Source of the DNA: a virus
DNA length: 64,000 nucleotides
Virus record (IMG/VR): IMGVR_UViG_3300020045_012645
Span: 36,022 to 100,021 of that record
Strand: one strand, 5' to 3'
Shown here: in pieces, positions 30,715 through 41,519 of the stretch
How the letters are laid out: each line of letters starts with the position of its first letter
Numbering within the stretch: the first letter of the stretch is position 1
Position numbers and translations under genes: made by a program
Notes under the pieces: model-generated
Seen by the model: the letters and a program-made list of their open reading frames with translations, nothing else
Databases searched by the model: none
What the model was told of the DNA's origin: nothing

Positions 30715-32496
30715 CTAAAAGGGAATTTCGTCCATGTCTATATCTATTTCTGGAAAGTCCATTGGTTCTGGTTTTCTATATTCATCTAGCATAGAAGTAT
30801 TTTCTTCTACATATTTATCTCTTAAGAATTGAATGAATCCAGTAATTTTGAATAGACCTAGTTCTTGTTTGATAATGTTTCTACATCTTGTTTTTAATGA
30901 TTTAATCCATTGTTTTTTCATTGATGGAAATTCATCAAAATAGTATTGCATATCATAGTGAACGTGGAAATGTGGATTTGAACCAAATGTTGAAGTAGAC
31001 CAGAATTGCTCAGGTTTATAATCATATGCGAAACCATTTTTAGAAATTGGTTTTCCATATTTATAAGTGTATATTAGCGTAGCAATTGTTATTATTTCCT
31101 TGTGATCTTTAGATATTTCATAAGCTTTTGCTAACTCATAAATATCCATAGATTTTAGGTCTTTTTCTAATGATTTTTTAATATCATTTAGTTTTTGAAC
31201 ATATATATCTCTAGTTATCAAACTTGGTTCATCTGAGTCTAAACAAACTGTTATGTCTTCAAGAGCAAGAGTTGATTCTAAATCTTGAATTGCTTTTTTG
31301 TCTACAGCTTTATCTCCAGTTCTTTGTGGAGGAATATAATGATCTGTGTGGAAGCCGAAACGTGATAAACTTTGAGCCATATCAAGATACTCTGAGAATT
31401 GTTTAGAATCGTGTTTTCTAGCTAACCTCATAACTTGTTGGATATATAAAGAACGAACCAGTGTAGGTCTTAATTGAACTCCTAGAACTACATCTGGACA
31501 ATCGAAACCTATTCCTAGTCTATTTATTGAAACAAGACATTTGCAATATTTCTCTGGTACTGATGATGTAGCCATTTGAAATCCATCTTCGAATAGATCT
31601 CCAGTTAATTGATCATCTAATTTTGATTTTTTCTTTGTTTTTACAAATGGTTTATTTGATTTAAATGCTTCAAGCATATCTTCAGAGTTATCTGATTTTG
31701 AGTGATACGACATTGCTTCATATCCATCTTGAATTAGCATATTTGTAAATTTATCTGCTTGTTCTATTGATGAACAAAATACCATTGTTTTTTTATTTTT
31801 AGCATCCATTTGATTCATTGATTCAATTGCTAATTGTAAGTGCTCAGTTGTGTTAATAATCTTTTCTAATTCAACTGAATTATAATCATTTCCTGAAGAT
31901 TTAACTCCTGAGAAATCAACTTGCTCTGCCCATTTTGGAACATAGTAATTAATTGGACACAAATATCCTGCATTTTGCATATCCATAACTGTAGCAGTTG
32001 TAAGCATTTCTGCATTTTGTAGTGCAAAACCTGCTTGGTCATAGCAAGTACCAGAGTATCCAATTTTTGCTTTTGGTTTTAAATGTCTATGAATAGCTCT
32101 GGTTCTATCAGTATCGTATTCTCTATGAATTTCATCTTGAAGGAAGAATTCACATTCTACTGATGTTTTATCTAATCTTGCGTGAAGTGTATGAGCTTGA
32201 ACTAATTGTATTCTTTTTGTTGGATCAAATTCTGATTCACGTCCTGCTTTTAGAATTGAGTAATCCATATTCATTGATGTCATGCATTTTGCAATTTGAT
32301 CTAATAGTGCAGTAATTGTAATTGATATTACAACTTTACCTTTTTTTTCAAGTAGTCTTGCTGTTTCTGCTATTATAACAGTTTTTCCTGAAGCTGGTGG
32401 ACTGTCTATAACTATATTGTTTGAGCCAAACTCTACTGCTGCCAGTGTTTCTTCAGTAATATCTGCTTGATATGGTCTTAATGTTATTTTACTCAT
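30715..32496 (-). CDS. SF2 (DEAD/DEAH-like) helicase
   Basis: LRPYQ, PASGKT, QDEIH, SGT, MVFC, GIGFDCP, YIQQVMRLAR; acidic DEIPF tail. Confidence 0.9.
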   Translation of the reverse strand: MSKITLRPYQADITEETLAAVEFGSNNIVIDSPPASGKTVIIAETARLLEKKGKVVISITITALLDQIAKCMTSMNMDYSILKAGRESEFDPTKRIQLVQAHTLHARLDKTSVECEFFLQDEIHREYDTDRTRAIHRHLKPKAKIGYSGTCYDQAGFALQNAEMLTTATVMDMQNAGYLCPINYYVPKWAEQVDFSGVKSSGNDYNSVELEKIINTTEHLQLAIESMNQMDAKNKKTMVFCSSIEQADKFTNMLIQDGYEAMSYHSKSDNSEDMLEAFKSNKPFVKTKKKSKLDDQLTGDLFEDGFQMATSSVPEKYCKCLVSINRLGIGFDCPDVVLGVQLRPTLVRSLYIQQVMRLARKHDSKQFSEYLDMAQSLSRFGFHTDHYIPPQRTGDKAVDKKAIQDLESTLALEDITVCLDSDEPSLITRDIYVQKLNDIKKSLEKDLKSMDIYELAKAYEISKDHKEIITIATLIYTYKYGKPISKNGFAYDYKPEQFWSTSTFGSNPHFHVHYDMQYYFDEFPSMKKQWIKSLKTRCRNIIKQELGLFKITGFIQFLRDKYVEENTSMLDEYRKPEPMDFPEIDIDMDEIPF

Positions 32497-32762
32497 CTAA
32501 AATCTTTCAATTTATTTTCTATTTCTTCTTTTGCCAATAAAAGTGTATTTTTGCTAAAAACTCCAGTAATATGTGCTTTATCTTCTTTGTCTATCCATAT
32601 TCTAAAATCAAACTTTGTTTTATCTTCTTCTTGAAGCGTGCATCCGTAATCATCAAATGTTATTCGTTTTGCAAATATTCCATTGTCTAATTTTACATTT
32701 TGACTACAAATTCCTTCTGGTTTTAGTTGTGTCCAGAATTTACATAATTCACATTTTTTCAT
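32493..32762 (-). CDS. Small Cys-rich hypothetical protein
   Basis: CELCKFW...GIC...YGC. Confidence 0.55.
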   Translation of the reverse strand: MKKCELCKFWTQLKPEGICSQNVKLDNGIFAKRITFDDYGCTLQEEDKTKFDFRIWIDKEDKAHITGVFSKNTLLLAKEEIENKLKDFR

Positions 32763-33192
32763 TTTATTTTCCGTTATTTAGTATAAATTTTAAATCACTC
32801 ATTGATATGCTTAATTGTTGAATATTTCCATCTATAAATTTAATTCTATCGCTCCATAGCAATGGCTTATCAGAAATTAAATCTTTTCTTGTTTTTTCAT
32901 AATCTTGTAAATTTTTTTCATAATCATTTAATATGTTTTCAATTAATAAAATACATTTTATTTTTTTCATAGATTTTACCTTTATAATATTTATTCAAAT
33001 AGACAGCAGATTGTATATAGTTTGCTATTAGGACTATATACTTTTGGACTTTGTCTGTATGAAGTTGTGCTTAAAAAAAATAGGAAATATATATGATTAT
33101 ATTGCAAAATCCTACTGTTATCTGCTTGAATAAATATTAAGCACCAGATGAACTGCCCTGGTACTTATGACTATTTAAAAATCGAAGTCCTA

Positions 33193-34050
33193 TTAGAACT
33201 CAATTGGTTTGATGTATTCTTCAACTTGTTTTACTGGTGTAGCAGATAAACCTTTAGCGATGTTTCTATCTGTCATGTGTCTATTTTTATTATAGTTTGG
33301 ACAAACATCTCTATAATCGCAATACAGCATACATCTTTTTGGAACACCTTTGTCGAATCCAAATTTAGCTGTATCACAAGTTTCTTCAGGCATTGAGTTT
33401 GAGTCAATATATGTTTGAAGTTCATCTGTTTTGTCGATGAACATTTGATACATTGTGTCTGCATCATGCATGAATAAATCTTGTAGTGTAAAGATATTAT
33501 CTTTAACAGCAGAGCCACCTTTATTTATAATTGCTAAAGCACCACTAGCTGGTACTAAATGTACAATTCCATCTCTTAATTGTTCTTCTGATTTTAACTT
33601 GTGATCCAGCATTGAATATGTTGCAACTTGAAGATTGTAATCTGAATCAATTAAGTTTTTTGTTACTTCTTTGTATGAATAATCTGAGATAACTTTGTTA
33701 TCAATAATAGTGTTTGTGAATTTGTCATAAACATCGTATTCTCCAGAAACTATCCATCCATTTGGAAGTTCTATTTCTAATCTTTTTGCAGTAATGTATC
33801 TGTTTTCAGTATCATTTTTTTCAATTGCATAATCAACACCTAATTGGAAAATTGATCCAATTGTATTTGCACCAAATTTTTCTTGTTGTTCTTTTTCAAA
33901 ATTGTATTGAACCATAAGCATATAGTTCTCTTTTCCTAATGAAGAAGCAGATATTTTTCTTTGACCTACTTGTTTAGATCCAGAGTATTCTGTTGCTTTC
34001 ATAAGTAGTTGTTCGTAATCTGCTTTCCAGTCTAATTCTTTATTCATCAT
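33193..34050 (-). CDS. PD-(D/E)xK (Cas4-like) exonuclease
   Basis: ISASSL, SGEYD...IIDNK, QVATY, C-terminal RCMLYCDYRDVC; start placed at MMNKELDW after AAGGA. Confidence 0.75.
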   Translation of the reverse strand: MMNKELDWKADYEQLLMKATEYSGSKQVGQRKISASSLGKENYMLMVQYNFEKEQQEKFGANTIGSIFQLGVDYAIEKNDTENRYITAKRLEIELPNGWIVSGEYDVYDKFTNTIIDNKVISDYSYKEVTKNLIDSDYNLQVATYSMLDHKLKSEEQLRDGIVHLVPASGALAIINKGGSAVKDNIFTLQDLFMHDADTMYQMFIDKTDELQTYIDSNSMPEETCDTAKFGFDKGVPKRCMLYCDYRDVCPNYNKNRHMTDRNIAKGLSATPVKQVEEYIKPIEF

Positions 34051-34348
34051 TATTTCCTTGTTTGATATAAACACTAAATCCACATGGAACATCGTGTGTT
34101 GCTAGTTTAAAATAGTATTCATCATTATCTTTGTATAGCTCTATGAAGCTTGAACCAAATGAGCATAATTTGTTGAACATTTCATCTAATGTATTTGCTT
34201 CTGCATGACCAGTTTGTCCACGCCAATTTGAATTTCTTGCTTCAAGAACAATTGGAAATTCAACATTTTTTAGTTCGCATTCTATATTTTCTATAAAATC
34301 ATCCAATTCGAAATCTTCACCATCTTCTTCGTAACTAAAAATTAACAT
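34040..34348 (-). CDS. Hypothetical protein
   Basis: NWRG...HDVPCG phage pattern. Confidence 0.6.
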   Translation of the reverse strand: MLIFSYEEDGEDFELDDFIENIECELKNVEFPIVLEARNSNWRGQTGHAEANTLDEMFNKLCSFGSSFIELYKDNDEYYFKLATHDVPCGFSVYIKQGNNDE

Positions 34349-34359
34349 TCAATTATCCT

Positions 34360-34605
34360 TTACTCGTAAAATATAATGTTTTCAACATTTTCGTCAATAC
34401 ATTGCTGGCTCTCTTGTTCGTTTAAAAATTCTTCTTTTAATACATCAATAGTGCATTCTTGAATTTCAACCCAAAATTCTTCTTCATCGCATCCATCTCT
34501 ATGGTTTGACCAATCTATACCATTTTTGTTTAAAAAACTTATTAATTTATTTATAGATGGAACTTGTACGTATGCTACTTTACTTATTGTCATTGTTCTT
34601 TCCAA
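34360..34605 (-). CDS. Hypothetical protein
   Basis: 81-aa acidic ORF. Confidence 0.55.
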   Translation of the reverse strand: MERTMTISKVAYVQVPSINKLISFLNKNGIDWSNHRDGCDEEEFWVEIQECTIDVLKEEFLNEQESQQCIDENVENIIFYE

Positions 34606-36482
34606 TTATCCCACTCAGCTATTTGCAGAGCTAGTTGTCTGAATTCCCATTGAGTTTTAGGTTTAGTTCTAAGCTTTAACATATTGTCATATACTCTGGG
34701 AGTCATTCCTGTCCATATTTCAGTATATGCACCTTGTGGAAGTATTCTTCTAGCATTTTGAGGAGCTACACCTTGTTCTAGTGCTTTGTAATAATGATTT
34801 ACACAAATGTCAATAACATCTTCAGTATATAGTTCTATTTTTGTTTCTACACTGTTTCCTGATTGAGTTTCTAAATTTAAACTTTGAAAAGAATTTACTC
34901 TTTCCATTTTTTCATCAATGTAAAATTCGAATGGTACTTTTTTACCTGACACATATCTTCTAGAATTGTGAACAATTATTCCATTTGCAATATAATTATG
35001 GTCTTTATGGTCTACTTCTAGGTCATATGTTTCTTCTTCTCCTACACTTTCAATGCTTATTATCATTCCGTAATTTGGACATTGTCTAGCATCTAATCCT
35101 TCTTGTTTTGTTTTTATTTCATGACATTTTTTACATAAAATTTGAACATTTGATTCTTCAAATCCTAATTCTGGATATGCATAAACAGGATTAATATGAT
35201 CTAATTCTAGATTTTCATTAGAACTACATTTTATACATTTATTTTCATATTTATTTAATATTTTACTTCTTCTGAAATCAGCTTCCCAATAACTTCTCAT
35301 TCTTTTTGCAAAACCTTGTTTAGTTGTTCCTAGCTCCATTGTATGTTTATTACTTATTTTTTGTCTTGATTCGTCTGAGTGTATTTTTCCAAATGCATGA
35401 CTTTCTTCTCCAGTAATTCCTTTATTCCATACTGTAAAGGTAGATGATTTTTCTAATTGAGTATATTGAAGTCCATGTATATGAAACCATTTTTTTAAAG
35501 TATTGTAATTGATTCCTTCTTCTTCTGCAATTGATTTCATTCCTTTTTTATTTTTTAAATACTCTTCTTTTGTTTTTTTGCACCATTCATAATCTTGCCA
35601 AATATTTTTACCATTTACTGCAACAAAATCTTTTACAGATAATTCTTTTAATCTTTTCCATCCATTCTTTGTTAAAAATTTATGTTCATTTGATGTTTTT
35701 ATTTTATATGTTTTTCCAATAGTTCCAATTTGTATAGTAACTTCAAAAACTTCTTTTTTACCAGTTTTAAATATTTCTTTTATAGGAGCTTTAAAAAATC
35801 TGTTTGAATCGAAATCATAACTTTTAACTTTTGGAAATTTATGTTTATCAAAATTTTTATGACTTTCTTGTATATCATAAGCTTCTTTAATTGTTCTTTT
35901 ACCTTGTGATGTTAACAATAATGTGTCTCCGGCAACACATAATTCTTGTAAATGATAATTGTGACGGTTCCATTGTTTTGAAGTTGCTATATCAATATGT
36001 ACCTTATAAACTTTATAGAACTTTTTAATAATAGCTTGTTCTAAAACATCTGTATTGAAGAAATCTTCAGATAGTTTTTGAGCTAATTTGAAATCTGTAG
36101 TCCACCCTAAGTCTTGCAATAGTGCTCTAAGATTTGTTAATAGATACTTTCTATTATTGTATGTGATAACTTCACCGAATTTTTCTGTATCATCAGTACC
36201 AGATGCATTATATGAAGCCAATAAATCACAAGATGATTCATCAAGTAGTACTGGAATAAATGCAAATGAGCTTGAAGGAATTCCTATATCCTCATTTGCT
36301 AATCTATTATATAAACCTTGACTTCCTATTATATCTGGAGATGCATAACAAACTGAAGCAATACTAGTTACTGCATTTAATCTTGATTCGTGAGAACTGT
36401 TTGCTTTTGAAAAGTCATACTCATGAATATATGCTATATTGTCTTCGAATATGTTGTTATTTTCATTAATTTTTTGTATCAT
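34590..36482 (-). CDS. thyX: Flavin-dependent thymidylate synthase ThyX, intein-containing
   Basis: After intein removal QWNRHNYHLQEL/SRRY matches the RHxxxxxxxSxR motif; ARRILPQ, LR...TQWE; start placed at MIQKIN. Confidence 0.88.
   Translation of the reverse strand: MIQKINENNNIFEDNIAYIHEYDFSKANSSHESRLNAVTSIASVCYASPDIIGSQGLYNRLANEDIGIPSSSFAFIPVLLDESSCDLLASYNASGTDDTEKFGEVITYNNRKYLLTNLRALLQDLGWTTDFKLAQKLSEDFFNTDVLEQAIIKKFYKVYKVHIDIATSKQWNRHNYHLQELCVAGDTLLLTSQGKRTIKEAYDIQESHKNFDKHKFPKVKSYDFDSNRFFKAPIKEIFKTGKKEVFEVTIQIGTIGKTYKIKTSNEHKFLTKNGWKRLKELSVKDFVAVNGKNIWQDYEWCKKTKEEYLKNKKGMKSIAEEEGINYNTLKKWFHIHGLQYTQLEKSSTFTVWNKGITGEESHAFGKIHSDESRQKISNKHTMELGTTKQGFAKRMRSYWEADFRRSKILNKYENKCIKCSSNENLELDHINPVYAYPELGFEESNVQILCKKCHEIKTKQEGLDARQCPNYGMIISIESVGEEETYDLEVDHKDHNYIANGIIVHNSRRYVSGKKVPFEFYIDEKMERVNSFQSLNLETQSGNSVETKIELYTEDVIDICVNHYYKALEQGVAPQNARRILPQGAYTEIWTGMTPRVYDNMLKLRTKPKTQWEFRQLALQIAEWDNWKEQ
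34965..35939 (-). mobile_element. Intein (325 aa) with an HNH endonuclease
   Basis: N-terminal CVAGDT, block B TSNEHKF, C-terminal YDLEV..HNYIANGIIVHN followed by extein Ser; internal CIKC..LELDHINP..NVQILCKKCH. Confidence 0.92.
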
Positions 36483-36837
36483 TATTTTTCCTTCTTGATA
36501 GTATTTTAATACTTGTTCTATTTTTTTTAATTGTTTTTTCTGAAATAAGTTTTTTATTGTTTTTATCACAAATTGGTTCCATATATAATTTAGATAACCA
36601 ATTACAAGCTTTCTCTTTTGCATAAGGCTGAGTAAAGCATGAATAGATATCTAATCCTCTGGCTTCTGCTAAAACATCTCTTGCTTTGTTTTTTAAAGCT
36701 TTTCTTCGTTCAAATTCTTGATCCATTAGATTAAAATCTAACTCATTATTTATTACAAAACTTGGAAATATCTTTTTATAATATGGTTTATTATGATTGT
36801 GAATATCCCATTTTCTATAGAATTGTTTTTCTGTCAT
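36466..36837 (-). CDS. Hypothetical protein
   Basis: 123-aa basic ORF coupled to its neighbours. Confidence 0.55.
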   Translation of the reverse strand: MTEKQFYRKWDIHNHNKPYYKKIFPSFVINNELDFNLMDQEFERRKALKNKARDVLAEARGLDIYSCFTQPYAKEKACNWLSKLYMEPICDKNNKKLISEKTIKKNRTSIKILSRRKNNDTKN

Positions 36838-37060
36838 TTGTCTTTAAAATATACTTTTATAATTGCATATTCTCTTTCAATTTGAGTTTTATCTTTAAAA
36901 ATTATGTAATCATTTCCTTGTTCCAGTAAAACAGCAATTTCTATTTTTTCTTCTTCAAAATCTTTTAGATTAGTAAGTAATGTTTCATCTTTTTTATATT
37001 TAGCACTATTTCTATTTTTTGTTTTTATTTTTTTTGTAATCATATTTAATACCTAATTTT

Positions 37061-37381
37061 TTAATATTTTGCTTCTATATAAACATCTTTGTCTGAGTCT
37101 GTTCCATCTCCCCATGGAGTTTCACATACCATATAACCTATTCTATTGCACATATGACAACCGTTAATTGTGCAAAGCTTTCCAGAGCTTCCATCTACTA
37201 CTGTCCATATGTGCTGATGTACTTCTGTGGTTAGATTATTTTCTGCTATGTACTCTTTTGCAACTTGTTCAGCTTCGTTTGAAAAATCAATTAAATATCC
37301 ATTTCCATCTTCGTTTTCAATTGGTTTGAAATAATCATCAAATTGTTTTACTGTCAATGGTTTTTTATCTGCCATTTCCAA
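37061..37381 (-). CDS. Hypothetical protein
   Basis: HIWTVVDG...NGCH..NRIGY...PW phage pattern. Confidence 0.6.
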   Translation of the reverse strand: MEMADKKPLTVKQFDDYFKPIENEDGNGYLIDFSNEAEQVAKEYIAENNLTTEVHQHIWTVVDGSSGKLCTINGCHMCNRIGYMVCETPWGDGTDSDKDVYIEAKY

Positions 37382-38131
37382 TATTTGTTCATATGTTTTT
37401 TACTCATTCTAATAATCCTTTATCTGGTACTAAATTTTGACTAACAGTATAAAAATATACTGAATTCCCACCATCTTCTTCTGAAACATTTGCAAATGGC
37501 ATATCACAATAGTTTTCAAAAACATCACTATCTACTTCGTCTCGATATATTCTTATATATCCAACATCTTTATTATCTAATTTCATTTATCTTTTCGCTA
37601 TTTTATAAAAATATTTATTATTTTTTATGTATCCAATATCACTATAAGATAAGATTCCTGGTTTTCTATAATATTCTGATTGCGGACAATCTATTATAGT
37701 TTTATAATGGTATGAATTTTCAAAAAATTCTTTTGTTAATTCTTCTACTTTTGTAAATTTTTCAAACCAGTATATTTTTCCATCTATAACTCTTGGTATG
37801 ATATTTCTATATACTGTTACTATTCCAGCTGGTTTATTTTTTATTAGATCAAAAATCATTTATTTTTTCCAGTATTTTATGTTTGAAGTTTTAACTCTAT
37901 CTGGTACTCTTGATTCAATAAATGTTGGAATTGTTGTGAATATAAGTACCAGATAATAAGCATACTTATACTTTAAATTTAGTTTTGTGAAATAATTAAA
38001 CATTATTTCTCCTTTATATTAATTAGTAAGTACATAGTATGCCGAGTAAACATATATGTGTATAATATGTGCATAATATGTACTTACGAATTATATAATA
38101 TTAGTGCTCAAAGTCCGATAAAATATCGAAC

Positions 38132-38461
38132 TTATTTGCTTCTTTTGAAAATTCTAAGCTTATCTAATTTTTGTTCTATTAGAATAAATCTTTGATAAAG
38201 TGTTGTATTTTCAGACATAAGTATTTTAAATGCAATTCCATTTAAAGCAAATCCATAGAATGGAATTACATGAGTAAACACTCTTTGTTCAATTCTTAAA
38301 TGTTGTAATTCTTCAAGATATAGCATTACTTTTCTATGTTCTACTGGATCATTTTTTTGAAGATTTAAAACCATCACTAGTGCAGTTGCTATTGTTATTA
38401 CAAACCATGATAAATTTAGAATCCATCCTACTATTGCTATATTTGTTATTGTTTCAGTCAT
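38132..38461 (-). CDS. Hypothetical membrane protein
   Basis: N-terminal hydrophobic segment; AAGGA RBS. Confidence 0.55.
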   Translation of the reverse strand: MTETITNIAIVGWILNLSWFVITIATALVMVLNLQKNDPVEHRKVMLYLEELQHLRIEQRVFTHVIPFYGFALNGIAFKILMSENTTLYQRFILIEQKLDKLRIFKRSK

Positions 38462-38471
38462 TTTTTTTCCT

Positions 38472-38945
38472 TTATTTGCATTCTATTTTGTTGTATTCAG
38501 AAGCTCTTGATCTATATAAAGCTTTCGATGACGAGTTGCTTTTTAGATATGTTTTCTCTATTTTTTCTAATTCATCTATTGCAATACAATATGTAACTTC
38601 ATCTAAAATTTTTAATAATTTTTGATATGGTTTTACATCACTAAGACAATAATCTGTTTTTAGTTTTAATTTGTTAAATTTTTCAACTTTTTTATTTTTT
38701 TCTTTTTCGTGATGTTCTTTTAATTTTTTAATAAATTTTATATCAATTTTTAAAAGTTCTATTTCTTCATCTGAAATTACACAAGCATAATAATTACATG
38801 TTGATATACTACCTGTAAATTTTATACCAAAAAATGATACTTCTTTTGCTAATTTTTCTGCTTTTTCTTTTAAGTTTTTTTTTACAAATTCATTAATATC
38901 ATACTTTGAATAATTTTCTATATTAAATTCTTTTATTTTTGGCAT
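38472..38945 (-). CDS. Hypothetical protein
   Basis: 157-aa ORF in operon. Confidence 0.55.
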   Translation of the reverse strand: MPKIKEFNIENYSKYDINEFVKKNLKEKAEKLAKEVSFFGIKFTGSISTCNYYACVISDEEIELLKIDIKFIKKLKEHHEKEKNKKVEKFNKLKLKTDYCLSDVKPYQKLLKILDEVTYCIAIDELEKIEKTYLKSNSSSKALYRSRASEYNKIECK

Positions 38946-38946
38946 T

Positions 38947-39804
38947 TTATTTCTCCATGTATTTTGATAGAACTCTATTTAGTTCTTTTGATGATATTGT
39001 TGTGCAACCAATTGTTACTTCAGTTGGTGATGATTTTATAACTGTATAATCTTCTAATTTTTTACCTATAATTGATTTATAATCTTTTAAATAGTGTTTA
39101 TATAGCAATAGCGCACTTTTTGTATTAACAATAATATTATTTGTTGTTGATAAGCATCCTAAATTTTCATCTACTTTAATATATACACCTTTGTAATTTG
39201 GATCAAATTTTACAGTTGATTTATCTTTTGAATTATATGTTTGAAGTAAAAATTTATCAAGATTTAATTGTCTTGAACTTTGTTTTAAGCTATCATCTTT
39301 TTTCTTTTTTGCAGCGATTTGTTTTTCAACTTTATCTTTTACTTTATCATATGATTCTTTTAATTTATCAATATCTATTTCTAGAATTTGTTTGTAAAAT
39401 ATATTTTTTTTTACATGTTTTAATTCTGCAAAATCTTTTGCTTCTTGAATTAATCTAAGTATTTGAGGTATGTGATTATATACTCTTGCTTTTAATTGTT
39501 TTTTAATTAGCAACATTATTTCATCAAAATAATATTTAAAAGTATCCATACTAAAGTCGTATTCAAATACTTGATAGTATGACGGAACAGCTCTTCTCAT
39601 ATTACTTGCATGTTTTTGAGATGAGATTGAACATGTTGCTATTCTATTATCAACTTCTATTACTTTTTTTTCTCTATCTATTGCTGCTAGTATTGAACTG
39701 AATGAGTAAAGCTTATCCATACTATATGAAAAGTTTGAACCTTCTGCTTGACTACCAGTACCAGAATCATAGATCCATTTATGTGCTACTTGTTCATTGT
39801 TCAT
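38947..39804 (-). CDS. Hypothetical phage protein
   Basis: 285 aa; EQVAHKW N-terminus and TIGC C-terminus. Confidence 0.65.
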   Translation of the reverse strand: MNNEQVAHKWIYDSGTGSQAEGSNFSYSMDKLYSFSSILAAIDREKKVIEVDNRIATCSISSQKHASNMRRAVPSYYQVFEYDFSMDTFKYYFDEIMLLIKKQLKARVYNHIPQILRLIQEAKDFAELKHVKKNIFYKQILEIDIDKLKESYDKVKDKVEKQIAAKKKKDDSLKQSSRQLNLDKFLLQTYNSKDKSTVKFDPNYKGVYIKVDENLGCLSTTNNIIVNTKSALLLYKHYLKDYKSIIGKKLEDYTVIKSSPTEVTIGCTTISSKELNRVLSKYMEK

Positions 39805-40210
39805 TTGATTTTCTTTTTATTCTGTCAGCATAGATGTTGTAATTATGTTTTAGAATATATTCAAATGATCTTTTTGTTTCACAAATAAATTGTGCATAAA
39901 CTCCCATAGGAATTTCATCAATTTCTACTAATTTTGCAACAATTGTTTTCATTACTTGGTGTTCATTTTTTGTTTTAAATTCCTCAAATGACAGCATCTC
40001 TGGTACTCTTGATTGGTTCAGTTCGATAATATCATCACATATTGTTTCATGTTTTATATTGTTAAATTCTAGGCTTCTAATTTGATTTGAAAGATTTTGT
40101 ATTTGTTTATTTATTTCTTCTACATTTGCTTCTGGATTTAGATGATAAATTTGTTGTTTTGCAGAATTTAGTGTCGATCTTTCTTCTAATAATTGTTGAT
40201 ATGTTTTCAA
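39794..40210 (-). CDS. Hypothetical protein
   Basis: 138-aa ORF, coiled-coil N-terminus. Confidence 0.5.
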   Translation of the reverse strand: MKTYQQLLEERSTLNSAKQQIYHLNPEANVEEINKQIQNLSNQIRSLEFNNIKHETICDDIIELNQSRVPEMLSFEEFKTKNEHQVMKTIVAKLVEIDEIPMGVYAQFICETKRSFEYILKHNYNIYADRIKRKSNEQ

Positions 40211-40438
40211 TTTGTATTACCTTTTAAATATATATTGTTTGATTTGTTTTTCGAATGTCGGTAATTCTTCTTTTGTTGGAATGTATGAATAAACGCATAT
40301 TCCTTTGCTATTTACTGCGTATCCTGTCATAAAATTGTTATCTAAAAAATTACAAACAGGATTTGGCATTGATTCTACAATTTCAAAGAATCTTTGCATT
40401 GTTTTTATATTTCTATTTATTACTTTCATATTTATTTC

Positions 40439-40975
40439 CTAAATTTTATTATGTTTGGCATATTGAAGAAATATTTTATCTTCTTTGTATGCTTCTTCTG
40501 TGTTATGATTGAATATTTTGTCTTTTTTTTTAATATCTATTTCTTTATCTGATAATCTTGGAATTATATATGTATCTGGAAATATATTTATTCTATTTTT
40601 AACTTTTACAAATCCACGATACCATCTTTTATTTCCATAAGTTTGTACTGCACTTATTATTGATATTTCGTTGTATTTGTTTAGTGCGATTAGAAAACAT
40701 GTGCAAGAGTATGATTTTTTTTTTGAATTAGATATTGTTATAGCAGCTTCACCTTTTTCTCGAAACGATGTTAATCCATTCATTAGTACCAGCTTAATAA
40801 TATGTTTATATATGTCATCTGATATGAATTGATCTCTTTGTTTGTTCTTGGTTCTTATATCGAATAGATGATTTGTTTTAACAATAGTATAGTTTGCATC
40901 GTGAAATTTTAGTTGCAATTTATTTACTTTTTTTGAATGAGCAATATGTTTGTTTTTTGATATATCTTTTTTCAT
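40439..40975 (-). CDS. Hypothetical basic protein
   Basis: 178-aa ORF coupled (ATGA overlap) to the upstream gene. Confidence 0.55.
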   Translation of the reverse strand: MKKDISKNKHIAHSKKVNKLQLKFHDANYTIVKTNHLFDIRTKNKQRDQFISDDIYKHIIKLVLMNGLTSFREKGEAAITISNSKKKSYSCTCFLIALNKYNEISIISAVQTYGNKRWYRGFVKVKNRINIFPDTYIIPRLSDKEIDIKKKDKIFNHNTEEAYKEDKIFLQYAKHNKI

Positions 40976-41208
40976 TCGTCATCCTTGAAGTATTTTTCTT
41001 CTTTATGTTTTTCATATTCATAGTCTTCATAGTCTGAAACCAGAGATTCATATTGATGTTCTGCTATTTCTGCTTCATTATCATTTATTAATTGAGTTAT
41101 TAATGACTTAAGGTTATATGGTACTTCTAGGTCATCAATTGTGTCTAATATGTTATTGAATCTTTCTGCAAATGTATTTGATTGTGAGTATTCGTTTAGT
41201 GTTTGCAA
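40972..41208 (-). CDS. Small acidic hypothetical protein, first gene after the RT ncRNA
   Basis: 78 aa, AAGGA RBS, TTG start. Confidence 0.6.
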   Translation of the reverse strand: MQTLNEYSQSNTFAERFNNILDTIDDLEVPYNLKSLITQLINDNEAEIAEHQYESLVSDYEDYEYEKHKEEKYFKDDE

Positions 41209-41519
41209 TAGTCTATCCTTGTTTTTTATTATTTTGTAGAACCTTCATTAAATAACGATTTGGACAAATTCCAGTGATCAATTTTATACTACAAAGGATT
41301 TATCTCCATTAAATTGAGAAGGCTCTACAAAGGACTCAATCATAGTGAGTCCGATGCTTTTCATTCAATAAACTACTACATTTATTATATATTTTTATTA
41401 TTTATTTATTTGTTACTATTGTAATGCCAATTACTATTTGAAACTTTAATATAAACATTTAACAAAATTGTGCTTTGTTTAGGTGCACAATACCCGTTAT
41501 TCTTTACGTCATCTTGGAC

